From NCBI GenBank assembly GCA_964510585.1, contig CAZECW010000058.1, positions 11,038-43,037 on the forward strand: a DNA stretch of 32,000 bases. The letters run 5' to 3'. Shown here one piece after another: positions 1-9,672 of this stretch (within the stretch, counting starts at the first letter, position 1; every line of letters begins with the position of its first letter). Both the position numbers and the translations under genes were made by a program. The stretch is from an uncultured archaeon (lineage in GTDB: Archaea > Asgardarchaeota > Jordiarchaeia > Jordiarchaeales > Jordiarchaeaceae). Below the pieces are notes generated by a model. The model ran no database searches. It was not told the DNA's origin and worked only from the letters and a program-made list of their open reading frames with translations.

Positions 1-67
1 AATTTAGAAAGCATATAGCTACATTTATATTTTAAAAATATAAGTGTGGACGGGTAATTTTTATCCA

Positions 68-520
68 ATGACGGACTTCGTAATTAAAAGGGCTGAAACC
101 AAAGATATAGAAGTTCTGAACGAAATAGAGAGGGAATGCTTCGCAGAACAAGCCTTCCCAAAAAGCTTCCTAAAATACCTTATCCTCTACCCCCACTCCA
201 TTTTCCTTAAGGCCATAATAGATGGGAAAATTGTGGGATTCATAGCCGGCATTTTGCAAGCCTCACACAGAGTGGGTAGAATTTACACTCTCGACATCAA
301 GCCGGAATTTAGAAGAAGGAGTATCGCCTCAAAACTACTGCAAACTTTGGAAAGTGAATTCAAAAACAGAGGTATGGCCTCCTCTGTCCTTGAAGTAGAG
401 GTAACCAACACAGCAGCTATAGGGCTATACCAAAAATTTGGATACCGCCCCGTGAGGGTGCTGAAAAATTACTATGGAAAAAATCGCAACGGCTTACAAA
501 TGGTGAAAAACTTGGTCTAA
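68..520 (+). CDS. GNAT N-acetyltransferase, RimI/Ard1-like
   Basis: Acetyl-CoA-binding motif (IKPEFRRRSIASKLL), EVEVTNTAAIGLYQKFGY and KNYYG typical of RimI/Ard1. ATG at 68 chosen; the ORF is open from GTG 44. Confidence 0.85.
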   Translation: MTDFVIKRAETKDIEVLNEIERECFAEQAFPKSFLKYLILYPHSIFLKAIIDGKIVGFIAGILQASHRVGRIYTLDIKPEFRRRSIASKLLQTLESEFKNRGMASSVLEVEVTNTAAIGLYQKFGYRPVRVLKNYYGKNRNGLQMVKNLV

Positions 521-629
521 CTCATCCGAAAAATATTATACTAGGATAGTGAACCTACTCCTCAGGTTACCAAAACTGTTTAATAAGGAATGGATTTGAG
601 TTTCAAATTTTAAAAGAGGTGTATCAAAA

Positions 630-1103
630 GTGGTTTATGAGGAGAAGCTTATTCAAAAAGTACTAGTGGCAATCGACGGTTCCATATACAGTGACAAAGT
701 GGCAAGATACGGAGAGGAAATAGCAAAACACCACAATGCGGAAATCACACTAATACACGTAGTTGAGCCGCCAAAAATCATACTGCCCATGAGCGGAATG
801 GAAACCACCCTACCCATGGCCGAAATAGAACTCACAGAAAAGTTAGCCACAGAAATGGAGAAAAAAGCCAAAAAGCTACTCAACCAATACAAAAAAGAAA
901 TGGAAAACAAAGGTATTAACGCTAAAATATTGATAGAAAGAGGAAACGTTTCCGAAACAATATTGACAATCGCCGAAGAAGAAAGTTATGACTTAATCAT
1001 AGTAGGTTGCCGAGGACTGGGAAACATTAAGCGTTTCATACTCGGAAGCGTCTCGGACAAAATAAGCAAACATGCAAACTGCTCAGTATTAATAGTACGC
1101 TAG
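630..1103 (+). CDS. Universal stress protein (UspA family)
   Basis: N-terminal VLVAIDGS; ATP-binding signature G-x2-G-x9-GS (GCRGLGNIKRFILGS); C-terminal ANCSVLIVR. Confidence 0.92.
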   Translation: MVYEEKLIQKVLVAIDGSIYSDKVARYGEEIAKHHNAEITLIHVVEPPKIILPMSGMETTLPMAEIELTEKLATEMEKKAKKLLNQYKKEMENKGINAKILIERGNVSETILTIAEEESYDLIIVGCRGLGNIKRFILGSVSDKISKHANCSVLIVR

Positions 1104-1250
1104 AACAGCACCGTCTAAAGTTCAAATCTACACCCCCTTAACAAAAAACACAATACGTACATAATCAACGTGACAAAAGAACGTTACAAATACCGTGAAT
1201 ATTCCATAATTTTTAGCACAGATCCCTTTAAGGAGTATTATTTTATTTTG

Positions 1251-1321
1251 ATGATGAATGTTTTCACCCGGAGCTGAAGCTAGCAGCCCCACTCCTGTGT
1301 ACATGAATGTTAACAGGGTGA
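1251..1321 (+). ncRNA. Candidate small structured RNA (box C/D-like or three-way junction)
   Basis: ATGATGA (box C) at 1251-1257, CTGA at 1274-1277; TCACCC 1264-1269 pairs with GGGTGA 1316-1321 and encloses two small hairpins; lies in a gene-free gap between convergent genes. No canonical terminal CTGA. Confidence 0.25.
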
Positions 1322-1595
1322 CAGACCACTAACCCTTTACTACAAAGGTTTACCAAAACTAAGTGTTATTTAAAAGTAGGGATGGATTTACTTTTGCCAC
1401 TATTAAGATATAGATAGCAGGCATTTTTGGTGGAAGAAAAATTTTGCAGTTTACCAGCTTTACCAGTGTAACCAAAAGGGTAAGAAAAGTGCTATAAGTA
1501 GCCGCTTTGTTGGGTAAAAGAGGTAGTAGAATCTGGCACCATTTTATGATGCTAGAAATGGATTGTAAAAAGTAGGAAAATAAAAAAGACGGGAA

Positions 1596-3365
1596 TTATT
1601 TCTTTACGACGTCCGGAATCTTTTCTGGAGGTAAGACTTTAACCTTCCATTTAGTGGCGCTCTCAATGCTAGTCTTCAGAGACTCAGCAGCCGGCGGAAT
1701 GATGAGTTCCTTCTTAGTTATTTGCTCGTCAGCGCCGCCCTCTTGCATAACCTTTTTTATAGCTTCAGCATCAAGCTTCTTCTCTTTGACAGCAGTTTCA
1801 AAGTCTAAGCCCTCAGTGTCCACGACAAGTAGCCAAGCTGAAACGTTTGCGTCAAGTAGTGGCCTCTTGATTTCATAGAATGACTTGATGTTGTTCGTGG
1901 CGAGAAACACTGGACTTTCCTTACCGGGGTCGCCTACATATTTAAGACCCGTAGGCGCTCTATACTTGTCCCTCAGGAAGTCGGCAATGGCACCAGAGTC
2001 TTTGGGACCAACATACACGTCCCAACCGCTTAAATCTTCAATTTCGCCTTTGAATCTTGCAGCCATCCCGGGTATAATTAAAGCCCTGTGATTAACCTTT
2101 TCGGCGACCTTGAACTCAGTTAGAGCATCAGAAATACTGTTGGCATTAAGCTGACCACCGGCAGCGGAAGACTCAACGCCTATTCCGCCCGTATCCATAA
2201 TTATTAGCCAGGCATTTATTTTAGCTTGTTCTAAGTCGGATTTTACAGTGTATGCTGTTAGGGCAAAGTTTGTAGTTATCATCACTGGACTGTTTCGGTC
2301 CGGTGCACCTATGGGCATTAGCTCCGGTGTTACCGCAGGGTGTACCCTGGGATCTTCGTAAAGGTTACTCACTAATACCACTAGTGGTAAGAATGTCCAG
2401 AGTTCTGATGAGTGTATGATGAGTAGGTCGGCATATCTGGCGACTAGTATTGCGGATAGGACTGTTTCTTTGAAGGCGGTTTCTAGTCTTTCTCCCTCGG
2501 AAACTCCTTCTTTGCCTATCCAGATTGTGGCGGGGACTCCTATGAGTGGCCAGCCCACATCTTTATCGTCCATCTCTATTGCAGCCCTTCGGAGCATAGT
2601 GAAGTTGTTTATGGTATCTGAGAGTAGTCCTTCTCCCCAGAAAGTTCCGGGGTCTAGAGCCAGTTCTTGAACTCCTGCTTGGTAGAGTGATTTTGCCAAG
2701 CTTTTTAGGAGGTCTAGGTCTCCGGGTGCAGCTACCACTAATGGTAGTTTTTCGCTTCTCGCGATTTCTCCCACTTCTTTCCAGTTGTCCTTGGTGGCTG
2801 CGTAAAGTAACGGCTTCTTCCCCGCCGCGGCTTTTATTCCAGCCTTTAAGCATTCGGGTTTTAGTGAGCATAATATTATGGGCCAGTCTGTATTTTTCAC
2901 GACTGTGGATACGGCTTTAGCGAATTTGTTGGGATCGCCGGACACACATTTTATAGCTATAGCGTCCAGCATGAGTGTTTTTCCAATGTAGAAGGTTCCC
3001 CAGTGTGTTATGAGGTCTACCCTTTTTACTAGTTCACTTTCGTCCATCTCGTCGTGGACATCTATGGCTAATACTGTGGGGTTGTACCAAGTGAGCTCGT
3101 GGCGACGCATAACTTCTTTTCCGCCAATGGTTTTGACGTGTTCACCTTCACCGAATTTTATAGCTCTTACTGGTGGTGTTAATATTTCTTTGAGTTTATC
3201 GTAGTTTTTCTTGTTTTTAGGGTCTAGTATTGGTTTGCAGACTTCTAATTCTACTTCATGGTTGATGAGCTTGTAGGCGAATGCCATACACGTGTCGTCA
3301 CCGCACTCCTTGCAGTTGGTTTTGGGTAGTAGATTATATATGTCTAAAGGTTTCAGCCTTGACAT
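1596..3365 (-). CDS. cdhE: Acetyl-CoA decarbonylase/synthase gamma subunit (corrinoid Fe-S protein large subunit) with an extra C-terminal domain
   Basis: N-terminal LPKTNCKECGDDTC [4Fe-4S] motif, barrel region, corrinoid domain (TTNFALT, DTGGIGVE, LIIPGMAA, VGPKDS); last gene of the cdh operon. Confidence 0.95.
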   Translation of the reverse strand: MSRLKPLDIYNLLPKTNCKECGDDTCMAFAYKLINHEVELEVCKPILDPKNKKNYDKLKEILTPPVRAIKFGEGEHVKTIGGKEVMRRHELTWYNPTVLAIDVHDEMDESELVKRVDLITHWGTFYIGKTLMLDAIAIKCVSGDPNKFAKAVSTVVKNTDWPIILCSLKPECLKAGIKAAAGKKPLLYAATKDNWKEVGEIARSEKLPLVVAAPGDLDLLKSLAKSLYQAGVQELALDPGTFWGEGLLSDTINNFTMLRRAAIEMDDKDVGWPLIGVPATIWIGKEGVSEGERLETAFKETVLSAILVARYADLLIIHSSELWTFLPLVVLVSNLYEDPRVHPAVTPELMPIGAPDRNSPVMITTNFALTAYTVKSDLEQAKINAWLIIMDTGGIGVESSAAGGQLNANSISDALTEFKVAEKVNHRALIIPGMAARFKGEIEDLSGWDVYVGPKDSGAIADFLRDKYRAPTGLKYVGDPGKESPVFLATNNIKSFYEIKRPLLDANVSAWLLVVDTEGLDFETAVKEKKLDAEAIKKVMQEGGADEQITKKELIIPPAAESLKTSIESATKWKVKVLPPEKIPDVVKK

Positions 3366-3384
3366 TCTTTTTCACTCCCTTTTT

Positions 3385-4620
3385 TTAGACCTTTGTGGTT
3401 ACCCAGTTTAGTAGTGGGCTGGGTTTGTCTTTCTTTTTGGATGTGAGGTATTCAACTACGGTTTTGAAGATTTGTACACTGGCGGGGTGGAGCATCATGA
3501 AGATGTCGCAACCATTCAGTGCTAGTGATAGTCCAGTGATGGCTTCCCATAGTGGTCCTCGAAAGTTTATGGTTCCCCATTCTGCTCCTTTCTTTTTGTC
3601 GCTCATGTAGGCTTCTCGGGCTCCCCACGCATTGGTGGTTCCTGAGGAGAGAGGCATTTGTAGGTCTTTTTCGCCTTTTAGGGCAGCCATTCTGATCCTT
3701 TCATAGACACTAAAGGAGTATTGTAGTCCGTATCCTAGCGCCGCAGTGGTGGCATCTTGTACTATGTGGTCTTTGGGCAGTCCCGCGTCTAGTAATAGTT
3801 GGTTCATTTTCTTTTGGTTGTTGACATCTAGTTGGGTCCATGAAAGTACGTTGTGGTTGTATTTTTTGGCGGCTTCCACTATCCGTTTCCAGTCGAGGTT
3901 TTCTGATGCCGAGTTTAACATGAGGCGTTCATTTTGGGCTGCGGCGGCTGCGGCCTCGAGGACTTCTGGGTCTTTGTCCGGGTTTCCGGAGCCTCCTATG
4001 AGGAGGGGGGTGTCTATGGCTTGCAGTACGTCTTCAATGGTTTTTGCAGCTTGTTTGGCAGGTGTATCTTTGATGTAGGGGTCGGTGCTGATAAGGTGTA
4101 CGGTAACAAGGTCAGCGCCATATTCTTTAATGGCTTTTTTAGCCCACTCTGCAGGGTCATCCATCACCTCATCGAAGTGGTCTTTGATGGGTTTAGGTAG
4201 GTTCATTCTCATGTCGAATACATCAAAAGTGACTAGGGGTCTGTTGGGGTTATCATATTCGAAGCGGTAGAATGGCGGAACTCTTTCTCCGCCTATTTTT
4301 CGGATTTCTTTTCGGGTGCCACCTTCCTTTCTGGTTTGACCGAATTGTACCTCCACTATCTGGCCAGGATATTCCTGTATTGGTGGTTTGAATTTTTCTT
4401 CTATGAACTGGAAGGGTTTTACTGCAGGTACTGCTGTAGGCATAACACCTGGGGCTAGGGCTCTCGCTGCTGGGGGAGGAGCTAGGGCGGCTACTCCCGC
4501 CGCCATTTTCAACACTAGCTCGTCAGCCTCTATAGTAACGTCTACCAGTTCTAGTTCGCCGAACTCCTCCAGAATTTTTAATATGTCTTTGCCAAGCTTT
4601 GTAATATCATCTGTCGGCAT
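3385..4620 (-). CDS. cdhD: ACDS delta subunit (corrinoid Fe-S protein small subunit)
   Basis: YPGQIVEVQFG, IGGERVPPFY, IGGSGNPDKDPEVLE, ALGYGLQYS, GTTNAWGAREA motifs; archaeal-type N-terminal extension. Confidence 0.95.
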   Translation of the reverse strand: MPTDDITKLGKDILKILEEFGELELVDVTIEADELVLKMAAGVAALAPPPAARALAPGVMPTAVPAVKPFQFIEEKFKPPIQEYPGQIVEVQFGQTRKEGGTRKEIRKIGGERVPPFYRFEYDNPNRPLVTFDVFDMRMNLPKPIKDHFDEVMDDPAEWAKKAIKEYGADLVTVHLISTDPYIKDTPAKQAAKTIEDVLQAIDTPLLIGGSGNPDKDPEVLEAAAAAAQNERLMLNSASENLDWKRIVEAAKKYNHNVLSWTQLDVNNQKKMNQLLLDAGLPKDHIVQDATTAALGYGLQYSFSVYERIRMAALKGEKDLQMPLSSGTTNAWGAREAYMSDKKKGAEWGTINFRGPLWEAITGLSLALNGCDIFMMLHPASVQIFKTVVEYLTSKKKDKPSPLLNWVTTKV

Positions 4621-4631
4621 TATTTATTCCT

Positions 4632-6119
4632 TCATTTTTTGCCTTTTTCTTCTCTCTTGATTATCAATTTGTCAACTTTTATCTTCACGTTTTTGAAAAT
4701 TAGTTGGAAGCCTTCTCCTGGGGCTGCTCCAGGGATTCCGCCGGGTAGTTGCAGGACTCCTTGTAGTAATGCTACGGGGACTCCTCCGGGCACCGCTGCC
4801 ATTGTTGCGGGCATTGTTACTTGTGGAAGCGTGTATTCTGTGGGGGCTGTCGGGTACGCGGCTTCTGCGGGGGCTTCGGTGACCTCGGCTACTACTTCTT
4901 CTTTCCACTGTTTGACTATGGGGTGTCCTTTGTCTTTGAGCCATTGTCTTAGCTCTGTGGTGTTGGTTACATCTTTTTCGGTGGCGATTTTATCTCTTAG
5001 TCCTTCTGGTATGGCGTCTTGAACTCTTTCTTTTACGTTGGAGGGCACCCATACTACTCTGTTCCATCCTCCGTCGGCTTGCAGGAATCTTGGGCTGCGC
5101 ATGTATTCTATTGCTATGCCGTTGAATCCTTCAACCTGTTTGCCTCCTCCAGTCTGGTTGGCCATTGTGGAGAATGCTAGACCGTTTACTGCGGTGCCTT
5201 CGTAGCCTCTGTCTACGATTCCTATTCCATCTACTTCAGGTATGTAGAATGCTATGGCTTCAAAGCATCCACAGCTGGTGTGGGGGTATCCGAACATGCT
5301 GTACATCCATACCCTTTCTACTTCGCCTAGTGATTTCTGCTTTGCTACCTCGTTTACTCCTGAGTATTCTCCGTGAACCTCGTCAAGTAGTTCGCCTTTC
5401 GGAACCATAAAGTTGGGTCCTTTGGGGTCTACACGTGCGGCTGCGCGGGCGTCGAACCAGTTGATGGCGCCGCATAGTGAGATTCTGTTTGGGGATATGA
5501 TGCATACGTGGCTGGGTGCAAAGCTTTGGCATAGGACACAACCATAGAATTCCGTTACATCTTCGTCTTTCATTCCCCTGGCTCTTGCGTCTCTTGCCTC
5601 GTAGATTTGTAGCGCTTTCTTGTACCATTCTGATATCTTTTTGGGGTCTGTTATGAATGTTACTTGTATCTTTTCTATGATTGGGAACTCTGATTTGAAG
5701 AGTCTGGTGAGAACTTTTCCTAGAAATTGGAATGAGTTGAATCCTTTCTTGTAGGAAGCTTTGCTTAGTCTCAGCCAAATGTCGTATCGCTGGTTTAGGT
5801 GCATGAATCCTTCCACGAAGTTTATGAATTCATGTATTCGTCTCTCAAGCACTGCCTCAAGATCTTTTTCGATTTCTTTGCCTGCAACTTCTACCAGTAT
5901 GCCTAGGGGGTAGGATTTTCCTTCCTCTAGGTCTTTCAAGTCGGGCCCTTGTATGAGGATTTTCCCGTCTTCGATTTCTTTCATGTCTCGGGCTTGCACT
6001 AGTTCGAATTTTTGTTCGACGTTTGGTCCGCCGAACTCGAATTGCATGTCTTTTCCGCGAATTCGTTCTCCTTCGTAGACTACTCCTACGTCCACAGGAA
6101 TGTCGTCAAACATGCTCAT
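4632..6119 (-). CDS. cdhC: Acetyl-CoA synthase, ACDS beta subunit
   Basis: A-cluster motifs FYGCVLCQSFAPSHVC, SLCGAI, HTSCGCFE; HLNQRYDIWLR; archaeal C-terminal strand KNVKIKVDKLII. Confidence 0.97.
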   Translation of the reverse strand: MSMFDDIPVDVGVVYEGERIRGKDMQFEFGGPNVEQKFELVQARDMKEIEDGKILIQGPDLKDLEEGKSYPLGILVEVAGKEIEKDLEAVLERRIHEFINFVEGFMHLNQRYDIWLRLSKASYKKGFNSFQFLGKVLTRLFKSEFPIIEKIQVTFITDPKKISEWYKKALQIYEARDARARGMKDEDVTEFYGCVLCQSFAPSHVCIISPNRISLCGAINWFDARAAARVDPKGPNFMVPKGELLDEVHGEYSGVNEVAKQKSLGEVERVWMYSMFGYPHTSCGCFEAIAFYIPEVDGIGIVDRGYEGTAVNGLAFSTMANQTGGGKQVEGFNGIAIEYMRSPRFLQADGGWNRVVWVPSNVKERVQDAIPEGLRDKIATEKDVTNTTELRQWLKDKGHPIVKQWKEEVVAEVTEAPAEAAYPTAPTEYTLPQVTMPATMAAVPGGVPVALLQGVLQLPGGIPGAAPGEGFQLIFKNVKIKVDKLIIKREEKGKK

Positions 6120-6163
6120 CTATATATCCTCCTTTTCATTAATCATAATTTTTGATCATCAAA

Positions 6164-6706
6164 TTATGCTTTTAGTTCAGCTACTAAATCATCCAATTCT
6201 TTCTTCCATTCGCTCGGCTTTAGGTTATTAAAGCTGAAACTGGCGTTGGGTTGGTATTCTCTGTCCAGGCTTATGGACAAAATGTCCGGGGCAAAGTGTT
6301 TCAGTGTGGAGAGGGATTGGCTTTGGATGTAGTATATTCCTCCTAGGTATATTACACAATCGTAGTGTCCTTTTCCGTCTAGTCCCTTCCATTTTGGGTC
6401 TCTTAGCCTGTTTGTGATGTCCGCTAGCTGCATGTCTACTGCCTTGTCAAACCCCGCTTCCCGTAGTGCTTTAACCATATTTGCTGTCGCAACCACTGGA
6501 ATGCCTGCCTTACCGATTTCAACCGCATAGTCCACTAATCTTTTACCGTCCAATTCTCTAATTGCATTGGCACTGACAATGAGTAGGCATCTCTTCTTCT
6601 TTTTTATCATCTTGGCGGCAACTTGTCCACTCATAAGGACGCTGGCGTTTTTTGATCCTCCCCAATTAGCACTTTGCCAAGGGGTTGGTGCTTTAGCAGC
6701 CATCAT
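6164..6706 (-). CDS. cdhB: CODH/ACDS epsilon subunit
   Basis: PWQSAN, WKGLDGKGHYD, TLKHFAP, QPNASFSF motifs; between cdhA and cdhC; GGAGG upstream. Confidence 0.93.
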   Translation of the reverse strand: MMAAKAPTPWQSANWGGSKNASVLMSGQVAAKMIKKKKRCLLIVSANAIRELDGKRLVDYAVEIGKAGIPVVATANMVKALREAGFDKAVDMQLADITNRLRDPKWKGLDGKGHYDCVIYLGGIYYIQSQSLSTLKHFAPDILSISLDREYQPNASFSFNNLKPSEWKKELDDLVAELKA

Positions 6707-6716
6707 AATTCCTCCA

Positions 6717-9080
6717 TTACTTTTTAGCTTTAACTAATCTTTCGTATAGTGTGGGGTCTGGTATCTCAGAAGGTTTCCAGTTTCTATCTTTAAGAACTCT
6801 CATCAAGTCTTCTTTGAAAGTCACTGGGATGTCGCCCTCAACCCTTATGTACTTTTGTATATCATCTGGGAAGTCCTTTCCGTACTTTCTGCGGTACAGG
6901 TCTATCCAGTGGCTGAGTTTAATAGCCCTACCCTTGGAGGTGTCGTTGGGCCTCAAACACAACTTGGCCGTCTGCACGATACACTCATCCATGTTCTCCG
7001 CTGCAACTATCAGGTGTTCAGGAGTTGGGCCAACATACACTTTATCCCCGGTTCGAGCATTGTACACGTACCAGTCCTCGTCAATATCGCTGCGGCCGAG
7101 GTACATTCTTCTGTACTTGGAACCATGTGGTCCCACAATCACTGGTATACCATACATGTTACACCCCGTCGCTATGGAGGCCGCCTTTTGACTGTAGGCT
7201 CCCCAAGCAACGCCAACAGCGCCCACTCTGTTTAAAACATAGTCTGCTATTTCTTCAAAGTTTGCTCTCAATGGCCTCCTTGCGAATATGTTTGCGATCT
7301 TTATTGCAGCTCCCACAATATGACTATTGGACACGCAGGAGCCAACATTTACAAGTCCACCGGCGTCAAAATCACCCGGATATTTTTCATAAAGTGTTAG
7401 TCCTTCTTCATCCTTGTATCTGGCTATGTCCATGGCTGAGCATCCGCTTACAACCACTATGTATCTTCTTTTGAGGAACTCTTCAGCCATCTTGGCTACC
7501 TCTGTTGGTCCTGCGGGGTAGTTTGCGCAGCCAACGTAGGCAATCACACCCGGAATCTCACCCAACACTATGGGGGCACCCACGTTTCGGATTTCTGTGT
7601 CTTTAATTGGGCCACGCCCAACTCTGACCTTGTAAACATCACTTTTGATTTGGCTCTGAGATGCTGCATCTATCAGTTCTTTAACGGGTATATCCTTCCT
7701 GCAGGCTAGACTACATCTCCCGCAGCCCACACAGTCCTCATACAGAGATTCAAGCAGGCTTAGGTTACCAGAAGCCGCAGCCTTCACTGCTTCTGAGGTG
7801 AGCAGGTCATTTGGGCAAGCCCTCTCACAGTCATAACATTCGGTACACAACTTGGCAAATTCGGTAATCTGCTTCTTGTCGGGGACATTCTTAAACTTCT
7901 TTCTTAGGGGAGCCAGCTTCATGGCGGTTCTAACTGCGACCTCACCCGCCTTCTCGCCGTCAAGTATAAGTGCACCATTAGCTTCACCCGCCATAGCGTA
8001 CTTGACAAGGTCTTCAACTATATCCTGTACTGGGTCGAAGGTTCTATCTTTTAGGCCTAAGCAGTTTTTCTCATTTGTGGCTATGAAAGCCGCTTTAACC
8101 TTGGCGGCCTCCTCGATGATATCGGTACGGATACACTGCTCATCAACCATCACAACGTCTGGAATACCAGATCTGACGAAGGTTAACTGTCGCGCTATTG
8201 AGCCTATAATTTTATACCCGGGATTGTATCGGGTTAAGTCTAGGGCGGTGCAGCATATTCCAGCAAGTTCCAAGTTTTCCTCAAGATTGTGTTCACGTAG
8301 GTAGTCTATAACGCCCACACTGGGAATAACGTTGTGGCCAATTACTAGGATCATGGGTTTTTCTGGGTCTATACAACCCAAACCAATTTCTACCAGGGGG
8401 GCGTCCCCTTCACCCTTTGGAAAATTCAGTGCTGTTATCTGAATCAGGTCGGCTGTTTCCATTCCCACAAAATCCATTAAGCCAATGTGTAGGGCTTTAG
8501 CCTCAAAGTCTATGTAGCTTCCTTCTTGTCCAGTGTGGCATGCTGCGACTCCTTGTACTATCTGGTTTTCCACATAGTCTAACACTTCTTCTAAGTCGCT
8601 CAGTTTCTGAGGCTTTATCCCAAGCACATTTCTGATGATGGGGGCCTCTACTGCAATGTCATTGCCTAGGTTAATAGGGTAGTCGGGGCCGACTCTCTTG
8701 ATGAGGTCGTGTAGCATGTGTCTTGCGTGACCTGCATGCGCTGATGCGCCTATGGTGCAAGCTAGGAGAACTATTCTTCCCTGAGTGTCTTCTATTGTGA
8801 TTCCGCATGCGCCGCGTTTGCCTGCGGTTAGGTCGCAGTGACCATAGGTGCAGAGGCAGCAGCGGTCGCAGAATGGAGCGTAGAAGGGGCGATACCTTTT
8901 AAGAAGCCTGTCTACAGTCCAAGATCTAAGCTGTGCTAGAGTGGGTTTGGGTGTGGGTCCCATGGGTTCCCATTCTTCTTCTTCCACTATGACTTTGCCT
9001 ATTTGTACCTCTAGGTTTTTAAATGATGCTAGGGGTGTTTTTAGCTCGTCTGCCTTCAAATATCCCGAAGTTTTTGCCAT
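6717..9080 (-). CDS. cdhA: Ni-CO dehydrogenase, ACDS alpha subunit
   Basis: CDRCCLCTYGHCDL, GHNV, GICCT, DEQC, GCAN, SGCS, GSCVSN cluster ligands; inserted 2x[4Fe-4S] domain (CTECYDCERACP, CVGCGRCSLAC). Confidence 0.97.
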   Translation of the reverse strand: MAKTSGYLKADELKTPLASFKNLEVQIGKVIVEEEEWEPMGPTPKPTLAQLRSWTVDRLLKRYRPFYAPFCDRCCLCTYGHCDLTAGKRGACGITIEDTQGRIVLLACTIGASAHAGHARHMLHDLIKRVGPDYPINLGNDIAVEAPIIRNVLGIKPQKLSDLEEVLDYVENQIVQGVAACHTGQEGSYIDFEAKALHIGLMDFVGMETADLIQITALNFPKGEGDAPLVEIGLGCIDPEKPMILVIGHNVIPSVGVIDYLREHNLEENLELAGICCTALDLTRYNPGYKIIGSIARQLTFVRSGIPDVVMVDEQCIRTDIIEEAAKVKAAFIATNEKNCLGLKDRTFDPVQDIVEDLVKYAMAGEANGALILDGEKAGEVAVRTAMKLAPLRKKFKNVPDKKQITEFAKLCTECYDCERACPNDLLTSEAVKAAASGNLSLLESLYEDCVGCGRCSLACRKDIPVKELIDAASQSQIKSDVYKVRVGRGPIKDTEIRNVGAPIVLGEIPGVIAYVGCANYPAGPTEVAKMAEEFLKRRYIVVVSGCSAMDIARYKDEEGLTLYEKYPGDFDAGGLVNVGSCVSNSHIVGAAIKIANIFARRPLRANFEEIADYVLNRVGAVGVAWGAYSQKAASIATGCNMYGIPVIVGPHGSKYRRMYLGRSDIDEDWYVYNARTGDKVYVGPTPEHLIVAAENMDECIVQTAKLCLRPNDTSKGRAIKLSHWIDLYRRKYGKDFPDDIQKYIRVEGDIPVTFKEDLMRVLKDRNWKPSEIPDPTLYERLVKAKK

Positions 9081-9146
9081 TTTACTTCCTCCATAAAAAT
9101 GCGCAGTAATGAAATAATCACTCCGCGTAACGGGAGATTTTTTTAG

Positions 9147-9160
9147 TTTTAAACTTTGCT
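9147..9160 (-). promoter_or_regulatory. Putative TATA/BRE for the cdhABCDE operon
   Basis: Minus-strand AGCAAAG-TTTAAAA about 67 nt upstream of the cdhA ATG; motif match only. Confidence 0.35.
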
Positions 9161-9672
9161 ATGAATATTTGATACAGTTTCATTAAATGTTCCCCATCTA
9201 GATGTGCGGTGCCTCTTGTAACGCTTCCTCAACCTTTTTATGGCTTAGCCTTTTCCCCTGCCTTAAAGTCTATTTTTTGAAGCTTACATATTCCCCTAGC
9301 ATTAAATAGCCCAAAAAATAAGTGGCGCCATATTAAATGTGCTAGTGTTTCTAGCAAGGTGGCAGATATTTTGGCGTTTAGCTTTCGACGGAGGTTAACT
9401 AACTCCAATTAAACTTGGTTGGTGGTATAATCATACCTCTGCTCAGAAATTGGCGGAGCAAGTTGCTTGGAAAAAATTAGTATACGTCATGTTTTACATT
9501 GTAAACACTCTTTGTTTACTAACTGGTGGTGTGTATAAAAAAATGAAAGTGAATGATTATTGTATTCTCTCAAAGTAGTTTTATAAAGATTAATATTTTG
9601 GAATGCTATTTTCTGGGGGTTTTGCTCAATGTGACTTGAGTAGGATGTGTGGTGAGTTTAGCTGGTGCTTAT

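Noticed and set aside
1274-1280. Hammerhead ribozyme or SECIS at the intergenic stem
   Set aside because: CTGAAGC deviates from CUGANGA, no GAAA core follows, and no Sec-encoding gene is adjacent.
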